A stretch of 64,000 bases of DNA from an uncultured Verrucomicrobiota bacterium (GCA_903953565.1 CAJBKE010000055.1:65957-129956), one strand, 5' to 3'; positions 25,359-33,860 are shown, counted from the first letter of the stretch. The notes: generated by a model from the letters alone, not told the origin. Numbers and translations are program-made.

Positions 25359-27128
25359 TTACGCGCTCGCTGCCTCCGCCGCCCGCAATGCCTGCCGCGC
25401 GAAATTCTCACAACTGAACCTTTCCACAATCTCCCGCGACCGCCTCCCCATCTCCGTAATGCCGTCCGTCTCTTGGTCTTTTTGCCTCTTTGTCTTTTGG
25501 TCTGCGATGCGACGAAGCGCTTCGCTCAACGCATCGACCGAAGACGGATCAAAAACAAAGCCGTTGGAGCGTTGCTCCAACGGGCCGTCAGTGGCCGCAA
25601 GTCCTCCCAACTCTGCGCCCTTAGCGAACTTGGCGTGAGGCACCAGATCCTCCGCGCATCCAGCGGCGCGCGAGACGATCACCGGCAAGCCGGCTGCCAT
25701 CGCCTCATTCACCACAAGCCCCCATTCCTCTTTCAAACTCGGCAAGACAAACGCCTCCGCCAACGCATAGAACACCGGGTTCTCCTCAATCTGCCTGAAT
25801 CCATAGAAAAAAACCGCGCCGCGATCGTTTTCTAAGGAGTTTTCAGTGTTCGGTTTACAGTTTTGGATAAGGCCCGTCTCGCAAAGCCTCGGCTCAGCCT
25901 GACTCTGCAGACCCTCGCAGCCTGCTCGGGTCACCGAGCTGGCTGCATTCCCCTCAGTCCGATCGGCTGCAAGCCGCTCGGACTTATCCGTGTTAATCCG
26001 TGTTAATCCGTGGCCCGTCTTTTCCACTCTCACATCTGTCCTATCCACAACGCGCAAGCCCAGTCCCCGCGCCTGCTCCCGCAACGCCCTCTCAAGCTCC
26101 CCACTGCCCACAAAAACTAGCGCCACTGGTGTGTGACGAGTGTCGGTCGTCTCTCTGACTCCATGCTCCCTGCTCCTCTCCGACCCGTAAGGTCTACGAG
26201 CTGGAGGGCCAGCTCCATGCTTTTCACCGCTCGCACGCGCGAATCGCGCGTAGGCCTCGACGAGCGTTGAAAGATTCTTCTTCTCCACCATCCGCCCTAG
26301 ACTCAGGAAATAACGCTGAGGAAGACCGTAGGTCTTCCGAAAATCTGAAAAACCGAGCCGAGGCTTTGCGAGACAGCCCTTAGGCAAATTCTGAAACACT
26401 GAAACACTGTCTTCCCCTCCCTCTGACTGACCCCTGTCCCCCGACCCCTGTCTCCCTTCCTGCTCAGCCCCCGAGGCCTCCGGCCGCTCTTGCTCCACGC
26501 TCCGTGCTCCATGCTCCTCTCCGACCCGTAGGTTCTCCGAGCCGGAGGGCATGCTGCGCACTTCGTCCGCTTTCGCGGCGAAGAGCGCATTATCCACCGC
26601 ATCATACCCCGTGAAAATTTTGTCAGCCGGGATGCCGAGCGAAGCAAAGTGACGCTTGTGCGGCTCGCCGCCGACGAGGGCGGCATCGAACTGCTTCACG
26701 ATCTGACGCTTGATCCAACGCTTCCATCCGGTCGCCTGTTCCGTGCCCGCATGGCTTTCATTCATCATCACCGTCCGGATCCCGAGGGACTTGGCTGCGG
26801 CGAAGAGCGCGAAATAGCGCGCCGGCGAATAGCTCGGAAGAAAAGCCACATCAACCTTCTCCTCACGAAACAACTTCCGCGCCTTCAGGAACACATCGAA
26901 CGGCGAAGCCGCCTCCTCCACCCCATCACACAAAGTCTTGAGTCCAGCACACCTATTACCAGCTACCTGCGACTCGTTACCTTCATTCCACTCATACGTC
27001 GTCGTCGCTCCTGCAATCTGAACCGGAACCACGCGTACACCCTGTTCGGCAGCCGCCCTCTGCGATGCCACCACGCGGGCATGGTGGTAAGGCCCAAACT
27101 GGCCAAAAAAAATAGCGATGCTGCGCAT
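25359..27128 (-). CDS. GT4-family (GT-B) glycosyltransferase carrying several in-frame repeat-element insertions
   Basis: Start set at MRSIAIFFGQFGPYHH; the track start 27263 lies inside R1 copy f. GT4 blocks present: YFLSLGRMVEKKNLSTLVEAY, LVFVGSGELERAL, FVLPSLKEEWGLVVNEAMAAGLPVIVS, NGFVFDP. These blocks are separated by segments built from R1, R3, R4 and heptad DNA. The ORF is 589 aa versus roughly 350-400 aa typical for GT4. Confidence 0.75.
   Translation of the reverse strand: MRSIAIFFGQFGPYHHARVVASQRAAAEQGVRVVPVQIAGATTTYEWNEGNESQVAGNRCAGLKTLCDGVEEAASPFDVFLKARKLFREEKVDVAFLPSYSPARYFALFAAAKSLGIRTVMMNESHAGTEQATGWKRWIKRQIVKQFDAALVGGEPHKRHFASLGIPADKIFTGYDAVDNALFAAKADEVRSMPSGSENLRVGEEHGARSVEQERPEASGAEQEGRQGSGDRGQSEGGEDSVSVFQNLPKGCLAKPRLGFSDFRKTYGLPQRYFLSLGRMVEKKNLSTLVEAYARFARASGEKHGAGPPARRPYGSERSREHGVRETTDTRHTPVALVFVGSGELERALREQARGLGLRVVDRTDVRVEKTGHGLTRINTDKSERLAADRTEGNAASSVTRAGCEGLQSQAEPRLCETGLIQNCKPNTENSLENDRGAVFFYGFRQIEENPVFYALAEAFVLPSLKEEWGLVVNEAMAAGLPVIVSRAAGCAEDLVPHAKFAKGAELGGLAATDGPLEQRSNGFVFDPSSVDALSEALRRIADQKTKRQKDQETDGITEMGRRSREIVERFSCENFARQALRAAEAASA
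25865..26014. repeat. R1 element copy e, complete, inside the GT4 reading frame
   Basis: Hairpin GCAGCCTGCTCGG-gtca-CCGAGCTGGCTGC (25917-25946), then CATTCCCCTCAGTCCGATCGGCTGCAAGCCGCTCGGAC, then atccgtgtta atccgtgtta atccgtggcc. It is translated as ..GHGLTRINTDKSERLAADRTEGNAASSVTRAGCEG.. Confidence 0.7.
26157..26220. repeat. R3 element copy b (in frame in GT4)
   Basis: gactccatgctccctgctcctctccgacccgtaaggtctacgagctggagggccagctccatgc, read as KHGAGPPARRPYGSERSREHGV. Confidence 0.65.
26391..26554. repeat. R4 heptad block (CTGAAAC../CCCTGTC..) fused to R3 copy c (in frame in GT4)
   Basis: ctgaaacactgaaacactgtcttcccctccctctgactgacccctgtcccccgacccctgtctccc.. followed by ..tgctccacgctccgtgctccatgctcctctccgacccgtaggttctccgagccggagggcatgc. 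It is read as SGSENLRVGEEHGARSVEQ..GRQGSGDRGQSEGGEDSVSVFQ. Confidence 0.65.
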
Positions 27129-27175
27129 TAAGTGAGGAGCCTTTGGCTCCGTGCTTTCATCTGTTTTCTGACTAA

Positions 27176-27286
27176 GGACAAACCGTCGCCTGTCGAGGCC
27201 ATCCGACAGGCGGCATTCCCCCCCTGTCCGATCAGCTGCAAGCCGCTCGGACCTTATCCTCATCCATCCGCGTCAATCCGTGGCTA
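27176..27286. repeat. R1 element copy f (fills the Wzy-GT4 intercistronic gap)
   Basis: GGACAAACCGT, then the perfect 9-bp hairpin CGCCTGTCG-aggccatc-CGACAGGCG (27187-27212), then GCATTCCCCCCCTGTCCGATCAGCTGCAAGCCGCTCGGAC, then decamers ending AATCCGTGGCTA. The tail contains the Wzy stop codon. Confidence 0.7.
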
Positions 27287-28688
27287 CAACTCCCCGGATC
27301 GACCTTCTCTGATTCCGCGCCGACCCTGCATTCAGCTTCGCGCTACGCCCAAACCACCAAGCTAACGCCACGATCGGAATCATCGCGTAAAGCATCTGGT
27401 AAAAATACTGCCAGAGGAAAAACCGCGTCAGGAACATCGCGTTCACCGTCACAATCCCAATCAAGCAATATTGGACGTAGCCACGCGGCATGGTGAGCAC
27501 ATACCAGTCAAGCCACGACAGGAGATATCCGAGCATGAACATCGAAAGCAGCATCCACAGCAAACCGCCATCGCGCAGAAACATTCCCGCGATTCCAGGC
27601 GAGTAAGGCGCACCTCGCGTGAACGTCATGTCCATCGTTATTCCCTGCTTCGGCTTGCCCTGCCACAGTGCCCGCGGCACGAAATGCAGGGGCACATATA
27701 GCCAAGACCACGCATAAGGCTTGTATGCTGGCTCGGTCTCTTTCGCCGCGACAAACGTGTCGAAGATATTCATGTCACCATCTGAATCGTAAAACTTCCA
27801 GTAAGCCTCACCTAAAGTGCGTTCTTCAAACACTGAATTAACCATGCCCTCTTCCGCTATCCGCTCATTCTCGGCGCCGCGAGTCTGCCCTAAATATTGG
27901 AAGAAGGGTTGCAGCACCACGATCGGTAAAATCAACCACGCATACCCCACCCTTCCTTGAAGCCTTTGTAAAACGGCAATGCCGGCAATCATCACTCCCG
28001 CGACGTAAAAACCTCGAAATAACGTTACATCACGCATCAGCCACGTGAACATTAGGAATAGCACCACCGAAACACTGAGCACCATCACGGTTCCTAGTGT
28101 CTTGCGTCGTAGGAATCCCTCGAACAGCACGACCACGGTTATGATGTGCACTGCCTGCAGCGGCATGGGCAAATCATAAACATACGCGCCAAAAGCGCTG
28201 CCGTAGAGCGAGCGCCCCCCCCGCGCGAGATAGAACATCACAGGCAACGTCGTCACCTGAAAAGCCAGCAATGCGGCACACACCTTTTGGCTCACCAAGG
28301 GTCGCAAGCTTTCCGCATTGTTCAGCGCACGACGCCGCCGGAGCCACCTAATGTGTAGACGTGGAAAAATGGCTGCCCCCAAAGCAAAGCAAACAAGCGC
28401 AGCGCTAGCCCACCATAAACCGTCGGTTATCTCATTCAACCCTACCCGCATTTGGAATAACCGCGTGAACAGCGTGTAATCTTTCTCCAACAACATATAA
28501 ACAGGCCGCACTCCAAAAAACAGAAACGACATAAATATGAACGCACCTGCCCCTGTCACCTGCTTACGATGGATTTCGCCGAGCAAAAGCACGAGTTGAC
28601 TCCCTACCAGCAGCCAGACCGAAGCCACCGTTCCAACAAGTGGATAAGCAGCCAGCAGGAGGAAAACAGCGGCAAAAACAAAGTTCAT
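27273..28688 (-). CDS. Polytopic membrane protein, probable O-antigen/EPS repeat-unit polymerase (Wzy-like)
   Basis: More than 10 predicted TM helices with one large hydrophilic loop (..ENERIAEEGMVNSVFEERTLGEAYWKFYDSDGD..). The locus context includes a Wzx and GT genes. No strict motif was found. Confidence 0.6.
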   Translation of the reverse strand: MNFVFAAVFLLLAAYPLVGTVASVWLLVGSQLVLLLGEIHRKQVTGAGAFIFMSFLFFGVRPVYMLLEKDYTLFTRLFQMRVGLNEITDGLWWASAALVCFALGAAIFPRLHIRWLRRRRALNNAESLRPLVSQKVCAALLAFQVTTLPVMFYLARGGRSLYGSAFGAYVYDLPMPLQAVHIITVVVLFEGFLRRKTLGTVMVLSVSVVLFLMFTWLMRDVTLFRGFYVAGVMIAGIAVLQRLQGRVGYAWLILPIVVLQPFFQYLGQTRGAENERIAEEGMVNSVFEERTLGEAYWKFYDSDGDMNIFDTFVAAKETEPAYKPYAWSWLYVPLHFVPRALWQGKPKQGITMDMTFTRGAPYSPGIAGMFLRDGGLLWMLLSMFMLGYLLSWLDWYVLTMPRGYVQYCLIGIVTVNAMFLTRFFLWQYFYQMLYAMIPIVALAWWFGRSAKLNAGSARNQRRSIRGVVATD

Positions 28689-28701
28689 AAGCCTGAGACC
28701 A

Positions 28702-29814
28702 TCAATCTGACCCGATACCGCTCAGAGCGTAATCGCTCCACAACCTTTCCAGCAATTGCATCCAACGCGCCGTCACTGCCTCTGGGGAGTAGTTAGCCAG
28801 GTAGAAGGCCCGAATCTCATCACGCTCAACCTCTCCGGCATCGAGTCGCTTCTTCAGATTCACCACGGCATCCACAAAAAGCTGCATATCCCCTGGACCT
28901 ATCACCAAGTGGTCGCCAGCCGAGCAGGCCAACTCCGCGATTCCTCCTTGATTCGAGGCGATCCAAGGTTTGCCAAAAGATAGCGCTTCAATCAAACACA
29001 GAGGACTGCCCTCCGTGTGCAGCGACGGCAAGACCACCGCATCGAGCCCGCCATAGATTTCCGCCAGCGGCGTCGAACGATCGAACGCCCCATGCCAAAC
29101 AAGGTTTGCACCGCCAACCGACCGAATTTTCTCAACCTCTGGACCGTCACCGAAGAAATGCCAGTTGACGTCAGCGCAAGCCTCGTGGCGCGATGCCTTG
29201 ATGATCACATCGATCCCTTTGCTAGCATCAAGTCTGCCGACAAACCCAAAATTCCACTTGCCAGTCTGCCTCTCGGCCTTGGCCCGTGTATCCCGATGCA
29301 CTGAGCCTATGGCATCCACTACAGTCGTCGTTAAATAGGGCATAACGGTCACCTCGCGATCCGGACTCCCCGTCAAGATGTTAGCTTTCGTCGCCTGCGA
29401 GCAGGCCGCCAGCGGCGGCCCTGCACTGATAAACTTTTTGTAGCGCGGCACCCACGACTCTGTTTCTTGCGCGCTACACGCCGTGTGGCAGTGGTGAAAT
29501 CCTTTCCGACGCCGACCCGCCACGCTCCAAATGAGCGGTGACGTATTCCCCTGTGAATTGGTGTAAAGCACGGAGCGCCGATTGAGGATACCCGCAAAGA
29601 AAGAGGACTGCGGAAAAGTATGGTAGCGCACACCGGCCTCTGAAAGCCCGGCGATTACCTCTCGCGGCAATTCTGAATACTTCACACAAAAGTCCACATC
29701 CCATCCGTGCGTGGCCACGGTCTTCGAGATGTTGAGCAAATGCGTTTCGATGCCGCCCATGGACGTCATCCATGGCGAGTAAATGCACAATTGTTTGCGG
29801 TTAGGTCCAGTCAT
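28702..29814 (-). CDS. GT4-family glycosyltransferase
   Basis: FGFVGRLDASKGIDVII, VVLPSLHTEGSPLCLIEALSFGKPWIASNQGGIAEL (EX7E-type region). Confidence 0.8.
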   Translation of the reverse strand: MTGPNRKQLCIYSPWMTSMGGIETHLLNISKTVATHGWDVDFCVKYSELPREVIAGLSEAGVRYHTFPQSSFFAGILNRRSVLYTNSQGNTSPLIWSVAGRRRKGFHHCHTACSAQETESWVPRYKKFISAGPPLAACSQATKANILTGSPDREVTVMPYLTTTVVDAIGSVHRDTRAKAERQTGKWNFGFVGRLDASKGIDVIIKASRHEACADVNWHFFGDGPEVEKIRSVGGANLVWHGAFDRSTPLAEIYGGLDAVVLPSLHTEGSPLCLIEALSFGKPWIASNQGGIAELACSAGDHLVIGPGDMQLFVDAVVNLKKRLDAGEVERDEIRAFYLANYSPEAVTARWMQLLERLWSDYALSGIGSD

Positions 29815-29823
29815 CGGCGACAG

Positions 29824-31050
29824 TTAGTCTCCCGCAGCGTAGCGCAGCAGAGCTGGCGCAAGATGCCTTGGGTGAAACTTGTCCGGAACACGTGCATTCG
29901 ACTGGAGCTTTTCCAGAATCTCCCGATCGCGCACAAGCGCCATGATCGCCTCGGCGATCGCTTCAGGCGAGATCTCCGGCAGCACTAGGCCATTCACGCA
30001 GTCTTCCACCACGAGCCCGCAATGCGTGGAAGCAACCACTGGCAGCCCATGGCCCAGCGCCTCAAGCTGCGTTAGACCAAAGCCATCCGAAAGGGTGGGA
30101 AAAAGGAATACATCAGACGCCCGATACAGCCTCTCGACCGTCGCTTTGTCCACCGGACCAAGAAAGCGCACGTTCGACAGCTGCGAGATCTCGTCCGGAA
30201 TCTTTACCCCAAGCGGACCAGCGAAGGTGAAGTCCACCGGCTCATTCTTCAGCATCCTGATCGCATCGAACAGCTGCCCTACCCCCTTCCGCAAAATCAC
30301 GCTCCCGAGAAACAAGGCCCGCAGCCGCGTATCGGGTCTCTTCTCCATGCTCCACGCTCCTCTCCGACCCGTAGGTTCTCCGAGCCGGAGGACATGCTCC
30401 ATGCTGCCGCTGGCCTCATAGACCAGCGGCACCTCCACGAGCTTCGCGGCACTTACCCCCGCTTCGATCCAGTTTCTTTTCGACCACTGGGAGTTCACGA
30501 TGATCTTATCCGCCATCTCGATTTCCCGCCGGAGGCCATCCCAATACTCTTTGGGCGCATCGATAGTTTGTCCGAGGTCCAAGGCCAGGTAGTTCGCCGC
30601 CGCGCGGCGCGTGATATCTTCCTCCATCCAGGCGAGATCGATCAGATCGAGAACGCAACGCATACCCTTCCTGCGCGCCACTTCAAAAGGCCACTGGGCG
30701 TTGTAGCTGTAAGAGAAAACTGTTTTCCCATCGACCACCTCAAGTTGATTAGCGCACCATTTGCCAAACCAGCTGATACGATACATACACGTCTGCCACG
30801 AACTCATGTGCTGCAACCTTACCCGAGCCTCGTAAACGAAGCGTCCCGCATTGGCGCGACGCACAAGTGCATCCGGAATCTGTGTGCTCCGGCGTGCTGC
30901 AATATTCGGGGCCAACGGCTTGAGTAGCTTTGCCTCACCAGCCGTCACCCAACTGTCCGCGAGCAGTGCAGAGAGCTTGCCTTCTTTGTGCAAAGCCGCC
31001 GGCACGGCGTAGTGCTCCCGCGATCCTAGTTGGCAGCAGATCCAAGACAT
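29824..31050 (-). CDS. GT4-family glycosyltransferase with one in-frame R3 insertion
   Basis: ALFLGSVILRKGVGQLFDA, VFLFPTLSDGFGLTQLEALGHGLPVVAS, NGLVLP. The insert MEHVLRLGEPTGRRGAWSME lies just before the C-terminal domain. Confidence 0.8.
   Translation of the reverse strand: MSWICCQLGSREHYAVPAALHKEGKLSALLADSWVTAGEAKLLKPLAPNIAARRSTQIPDALVRRANAGRFVYEARVRLQHMSSWQTCMYRISWFGKWCANQLEVVDGKTVFSYSYNAQWPFEVARRKGMRCVLDLIDLAWMEEDITRRAAANYLALDLGQTIDAPKEYWDGLRREIEMADKIIVNSQWSKRNWIEAGVSAAKLVEVPLVYEASGSMEHVLRLGEPTGRRGAWSMEKRPDTRLRALFLGSVILRKGVGQLFDAIRMLKNEPVDFTFAGPLGVKIPDEISQLSNVRFLGPVDKATVERLYRASDVFLFPTLSDGFGLTQLEALGHGLPVVASTHCGLVVEDCVNGLVLPEISPEAIAEAIMALVRDREILEKLQSNARVPDKFHPRHLAPALLRYAAGD
30343..30404. 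repeat. R3 element copy d (in frame in GT4)
   Basis: ctccatgctccacgctcctctccgacccgtaggttctccgagccggaggacatgctccatgc. Confidence 0.65.
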
Positions 31051-31149
31051 GGATTGGTTGCGAGTCGCTGGTAAAAAGTGGCGGGACTGAATGTCAGCTT
31101 TTGCCCTCGGCTTTGCCTCACGGCGTCTCCCTCTAATCGGCTCAGCTTG

Positions 31150-32718
31150 TCAGCTTTTTCCAGCGGTAAGCTTTTCCGCTAAACGCGTCGCGAGGCTTAG
31201 CGCGACGAAGGTTGTGTTTGCGTTGCTGGCAGTCCGGAAAGTCGCCGCACCGAGGACGTAGAGGTTATCTGTCCCGAAGACCTTAAGGTCGGTATCGACG
31301 ACGCCATCTTCTTCAGACCACCCCATCCGGGAGCCTCCCACGTGGTGGTAGTTGTCCTCGAGGGTTCGGAAAAATGCCTCGTCTTGCGAGAGCAATCCTT
31401 CGAGAACGCGCAACTCAGCGAGCCCGGTCTCACGCAGCGCGCTCTGGCAACGCAATGTGAAGTCCTTCATCGCAGGGAACTCCTCGCGGCCAAGTTTCCA
31501 ATCAAGGATAACTTTGGGCAGGCCATGCGCGTCTTTGACAGAGGGGTCTATGGTGATCCGGCTCTCGCGCAATGGCGTTTGCTCACTCTGCAGCACGAAG
31601 GAAATCTTTGATCCACTGGGCACAAAGACCCGGTTGTTCACGATGTAGCGCCACATCAGCGGCGGGAGATGTTTTCCGCAGGCGATGAGATTGCGGATCA
31701 ATCCCCCTACGTCGGTCACTTTTCGACTGTAGACCGCCGCCTTGAGAAACTGTTTCAAAAAGACCAGATTTTCACTGATCGAACTCTCGAAGTGCAGCAT
31801 GGCATGCATGTTCAGCACGTGATCACGCTCCAACGTATCGTTGTTTAGCCGGAGCTTTGGTTGGAACTTCGACCCGCCGAGCACAATCGACGAAAACAGG
31901 TTGAAGAACTCTTTGCGGTTCACCGGCCGGACCGATGCCACGCGACCTCCAATATGGTCCTGAAAGTAGCGTCCTACATTGTCGTTTTCCCGCCATGGCG
32001 CGATCCAGTCCGTCTGCCGCGCAGCATGAAGAAGAAGTCGCGAGATTTCGATCGTGCCGGCCGCCAAGATGAATTCGGTCCCACTGATACGGTGTTTCGC
32101 TTTCTTCGCGTCGAGCAAATGGACGTCGTCGATGTTGCCGCCCGCTCCGGAGAATCCCGTGACGATATGTCCGAGAAGGACTTTGATGTTGGGGTTTTCC
32201 TCCAACTCTTTTCGGAAGGCACCCGCCAAGCTGGGAATCTTCAGCCAGCGCGTAAGGAATATCTCCACTCCGTGACCGAACTTTGGGACATCCGTTTTGA
32301 GACCGTTGAAAACATCACGATCGGCCAGCATTTCTGCAGGAATACCGAGGTTCCGGTAAGTCGGCTCGTAGTAGCGGGCAACATCCTCATAGGTGATCGG
32401 CCACTTGGAATCGGGTAGCCACTCGCGTCCGGCGAAATCCGCCCGTTGAAACTCGACAAGCTGCCCGCCCCACAGATTGCTCGTGCCGCCGAGACTTTTG
32501 CTACGTCCGATTTTGATGCCGCGGTGCGGAAAGCCCACGGATTCGAACGTCTCCACACCGAAATTTCCGAGGCTTTCGTCCCCAGCTTCGATGAGCACGA
32601 CCTCCAGGCCTTGGCGCGCAAACAGAACCGCCGCATAGATGCCGACTGTTCCACCACCAACAATTACCAGGCGCGAAGGGTCGCTATCGCGCAGTTGCTC
32701 AACAGACTCAATGAACAT
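31150..32718 (-). CDS. GMC-family FAD-dependent oxidoreductase
   Basis: LVIVGGGTVGIYAAVLFARQGLEVVLIEAG (GxGxxG), SLGGTSNLWGG, and the C-terminal HHVGGSRMG..VVDTDLKVFGTDNLYVLGAATF. Confidence 0.8.
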   Translation of the reverse strand: MFIESVEQLRDSDPSRLVIVGGGTVGIYAAVLFARQGLEVVLIEAGDESLGNFGVETFESVGFPHRGIKIGRSKSLGGTSNLWGGQLVEFQRADFAGREWLPDSKWPITYEDVARYYEPTYRNLGIPAEMLADRDVFNGLKTDVPKFGHGVEIFLTRWLKIPSLAGAFRKELEENPNIKVLLGHIVTGFSGAGGNIDDVHLLDAKKAKHRISGTEFILAAGTIEISRLLLHAARQTDWIAPWRENDNVGRYFQDHIGGRVASVRPVNRKEFFNLFSSIVLGGSKFQPKLRLNNDTLERDHVLNMHAMLHFESSISENLVFLKQFLKAAVYSRKVTDVGGLIRNLIACGKHLPPLMWRYIVNNRVFVPSGSKISFVLQSEQTPLRESRITIDPSVKDAHGLPKVILDWKLGREEFPAMKDFTLRCQSALRETGLAELRVLEGLLSQDEAFFRTLEDNYHHVGGSRMGWSEEDGVVDTDLKVFGTDNLYVLGAATFRTASNANTTFVALSLATRLAEKLTAGKS

Positions 32719-32787
32719 AGGTCAGATTGGTTTTCTCACGAAGGCACGGGGTCACAAATAGGTGGAATGAGCGCCAATCCCCCCCCC

Positions 32788-33765
32788 TTAGCGCCTCAGT
32801 GTCTCTGTGAGAACCTCCTCAGTCAGTTCAAGAAACTTCTCGATTTGCTCGCTGCTGAAAACTTCACCATTCGCCACGCGCGCCGCCTGCTGAATGCGCC
32901 GGGCATTCTTCGAGGAGAAAAGCACGATCCCGTTGTGATTTCGCGCATGGGAGCCAGCTTGAAGAAGCATAGCAAGCTTGCCTTTGTCGGTGCAGTCCAC
33001 ACCCACATCCTGACTCCACGCGCGCTGCCGCTCGGGCCGCTGGGACAGCCATTCAACAAGAACCGGCAGCGCCGTGTTGAAGGGCGCGAACGTGATGCAC
33101 TTTGCGCCCGACGCTTGGCCAACTTCCAGGTGTCGGAACACGGGATTATCTTCGAACTGCAGCCATCGCGACGTTGGCAACCCGGACGCGGCAATCTGAC
33201 TTATCTGGGACCACTCTCCCCCGCAGCCATAGGCGCGGATGGAGCCCCGGGCAACTTCTCCCTCGAGAAACTCGATCAGCGGCTGGGAGGCCGCACTTTC
33301 CAGCGTCGGCTCATGCAGAAGGAACAGGTCGATGTAATCCGTGTGCAAGGCGGCGAGGCTTCGTTCCAAACTTGCCTTCGCTTTTTCAGGATCGAAAACA
33401 CCCCATGTTGAACCACTTTGCGGAGCCCCGCGCCGAAGCATGGTTTTTAGGAACGGCGCGGCTTTGAGAACCTTGCGCGCCGCGAGGTTGACCCACCGGT
33501 GCTTGGCCGCACCGGCTGGCTCGATACCGAACTTCGTGGTGATCGTGACTTTGTCCCTCTTACCGGCAAGAAAACCCCCGAGCAATCGCTCCGCCTCACC
33601 GTAACCGTAGTAAGCGGCGGTATCGAAATGCGTGATTCCCGAGTTATAAGCGGCGGCAAGCAACGCCAAACGCTCCTGCGTCGAATCAGCTGACATAAAA
33701 CTGGTAGTCCCAAAACCAAGAACCGAGGAAGCTTTTACCCGAGGAAACAATGCGACACTTTTCAT
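32788..33765 (-). CDS. Aldo/keto reductase
   Basis: GITHFDTAAYYGYGEAERLLG, VTITTKFG, IDLFLLHEP. Confidence 0.85.
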   Translation of the reverse strand: MKSVALFPRVKASSVLGFGTTSFMSADSTQERLALLAAAYNSGITHFDTAAYYGYGEAERLLGGFLAGKRDKVTITTKFGIEPAGAAKHRWVNLAARKVLKAAPFLKTMLRRGAPQSGSTWGVFDPEKAKASLERSLAALHTDYIDLFLLHEPTLESAASQPLIEFLEGEVARGSIRAYGCGGEWSQISQIAASGLPTSRWLQFEDNPVFRHLEVGQASGAKCITFAPFNTALPVLVEWLSQRPERQRAWSQDVGVDCTDKGKLAMLLQAGSHARNHNGIVLFSSKNARRIQQAARVANGEVFSSEQIEKFLELTEEVLTETLRR

Positions 33766-33860
33766 GTCAGATAAAGTAACGCATCAAGAGCACAACTTGC
33801 ATTACAAGCGAGTTCCTCACAAAACAACAACGCAATACCTATAGCAGCCGTGTGCCGGCT

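Noticed and set aside
27129-27263. N-terminal 45 codons of track ORF 25359..27263 (MRIRSERLAADRTGGECRLSDG..).
   Set aside because: This stretch is R1 copy f read through in an open frame. The GT4 homology begins at MRSIAIFF (27128).
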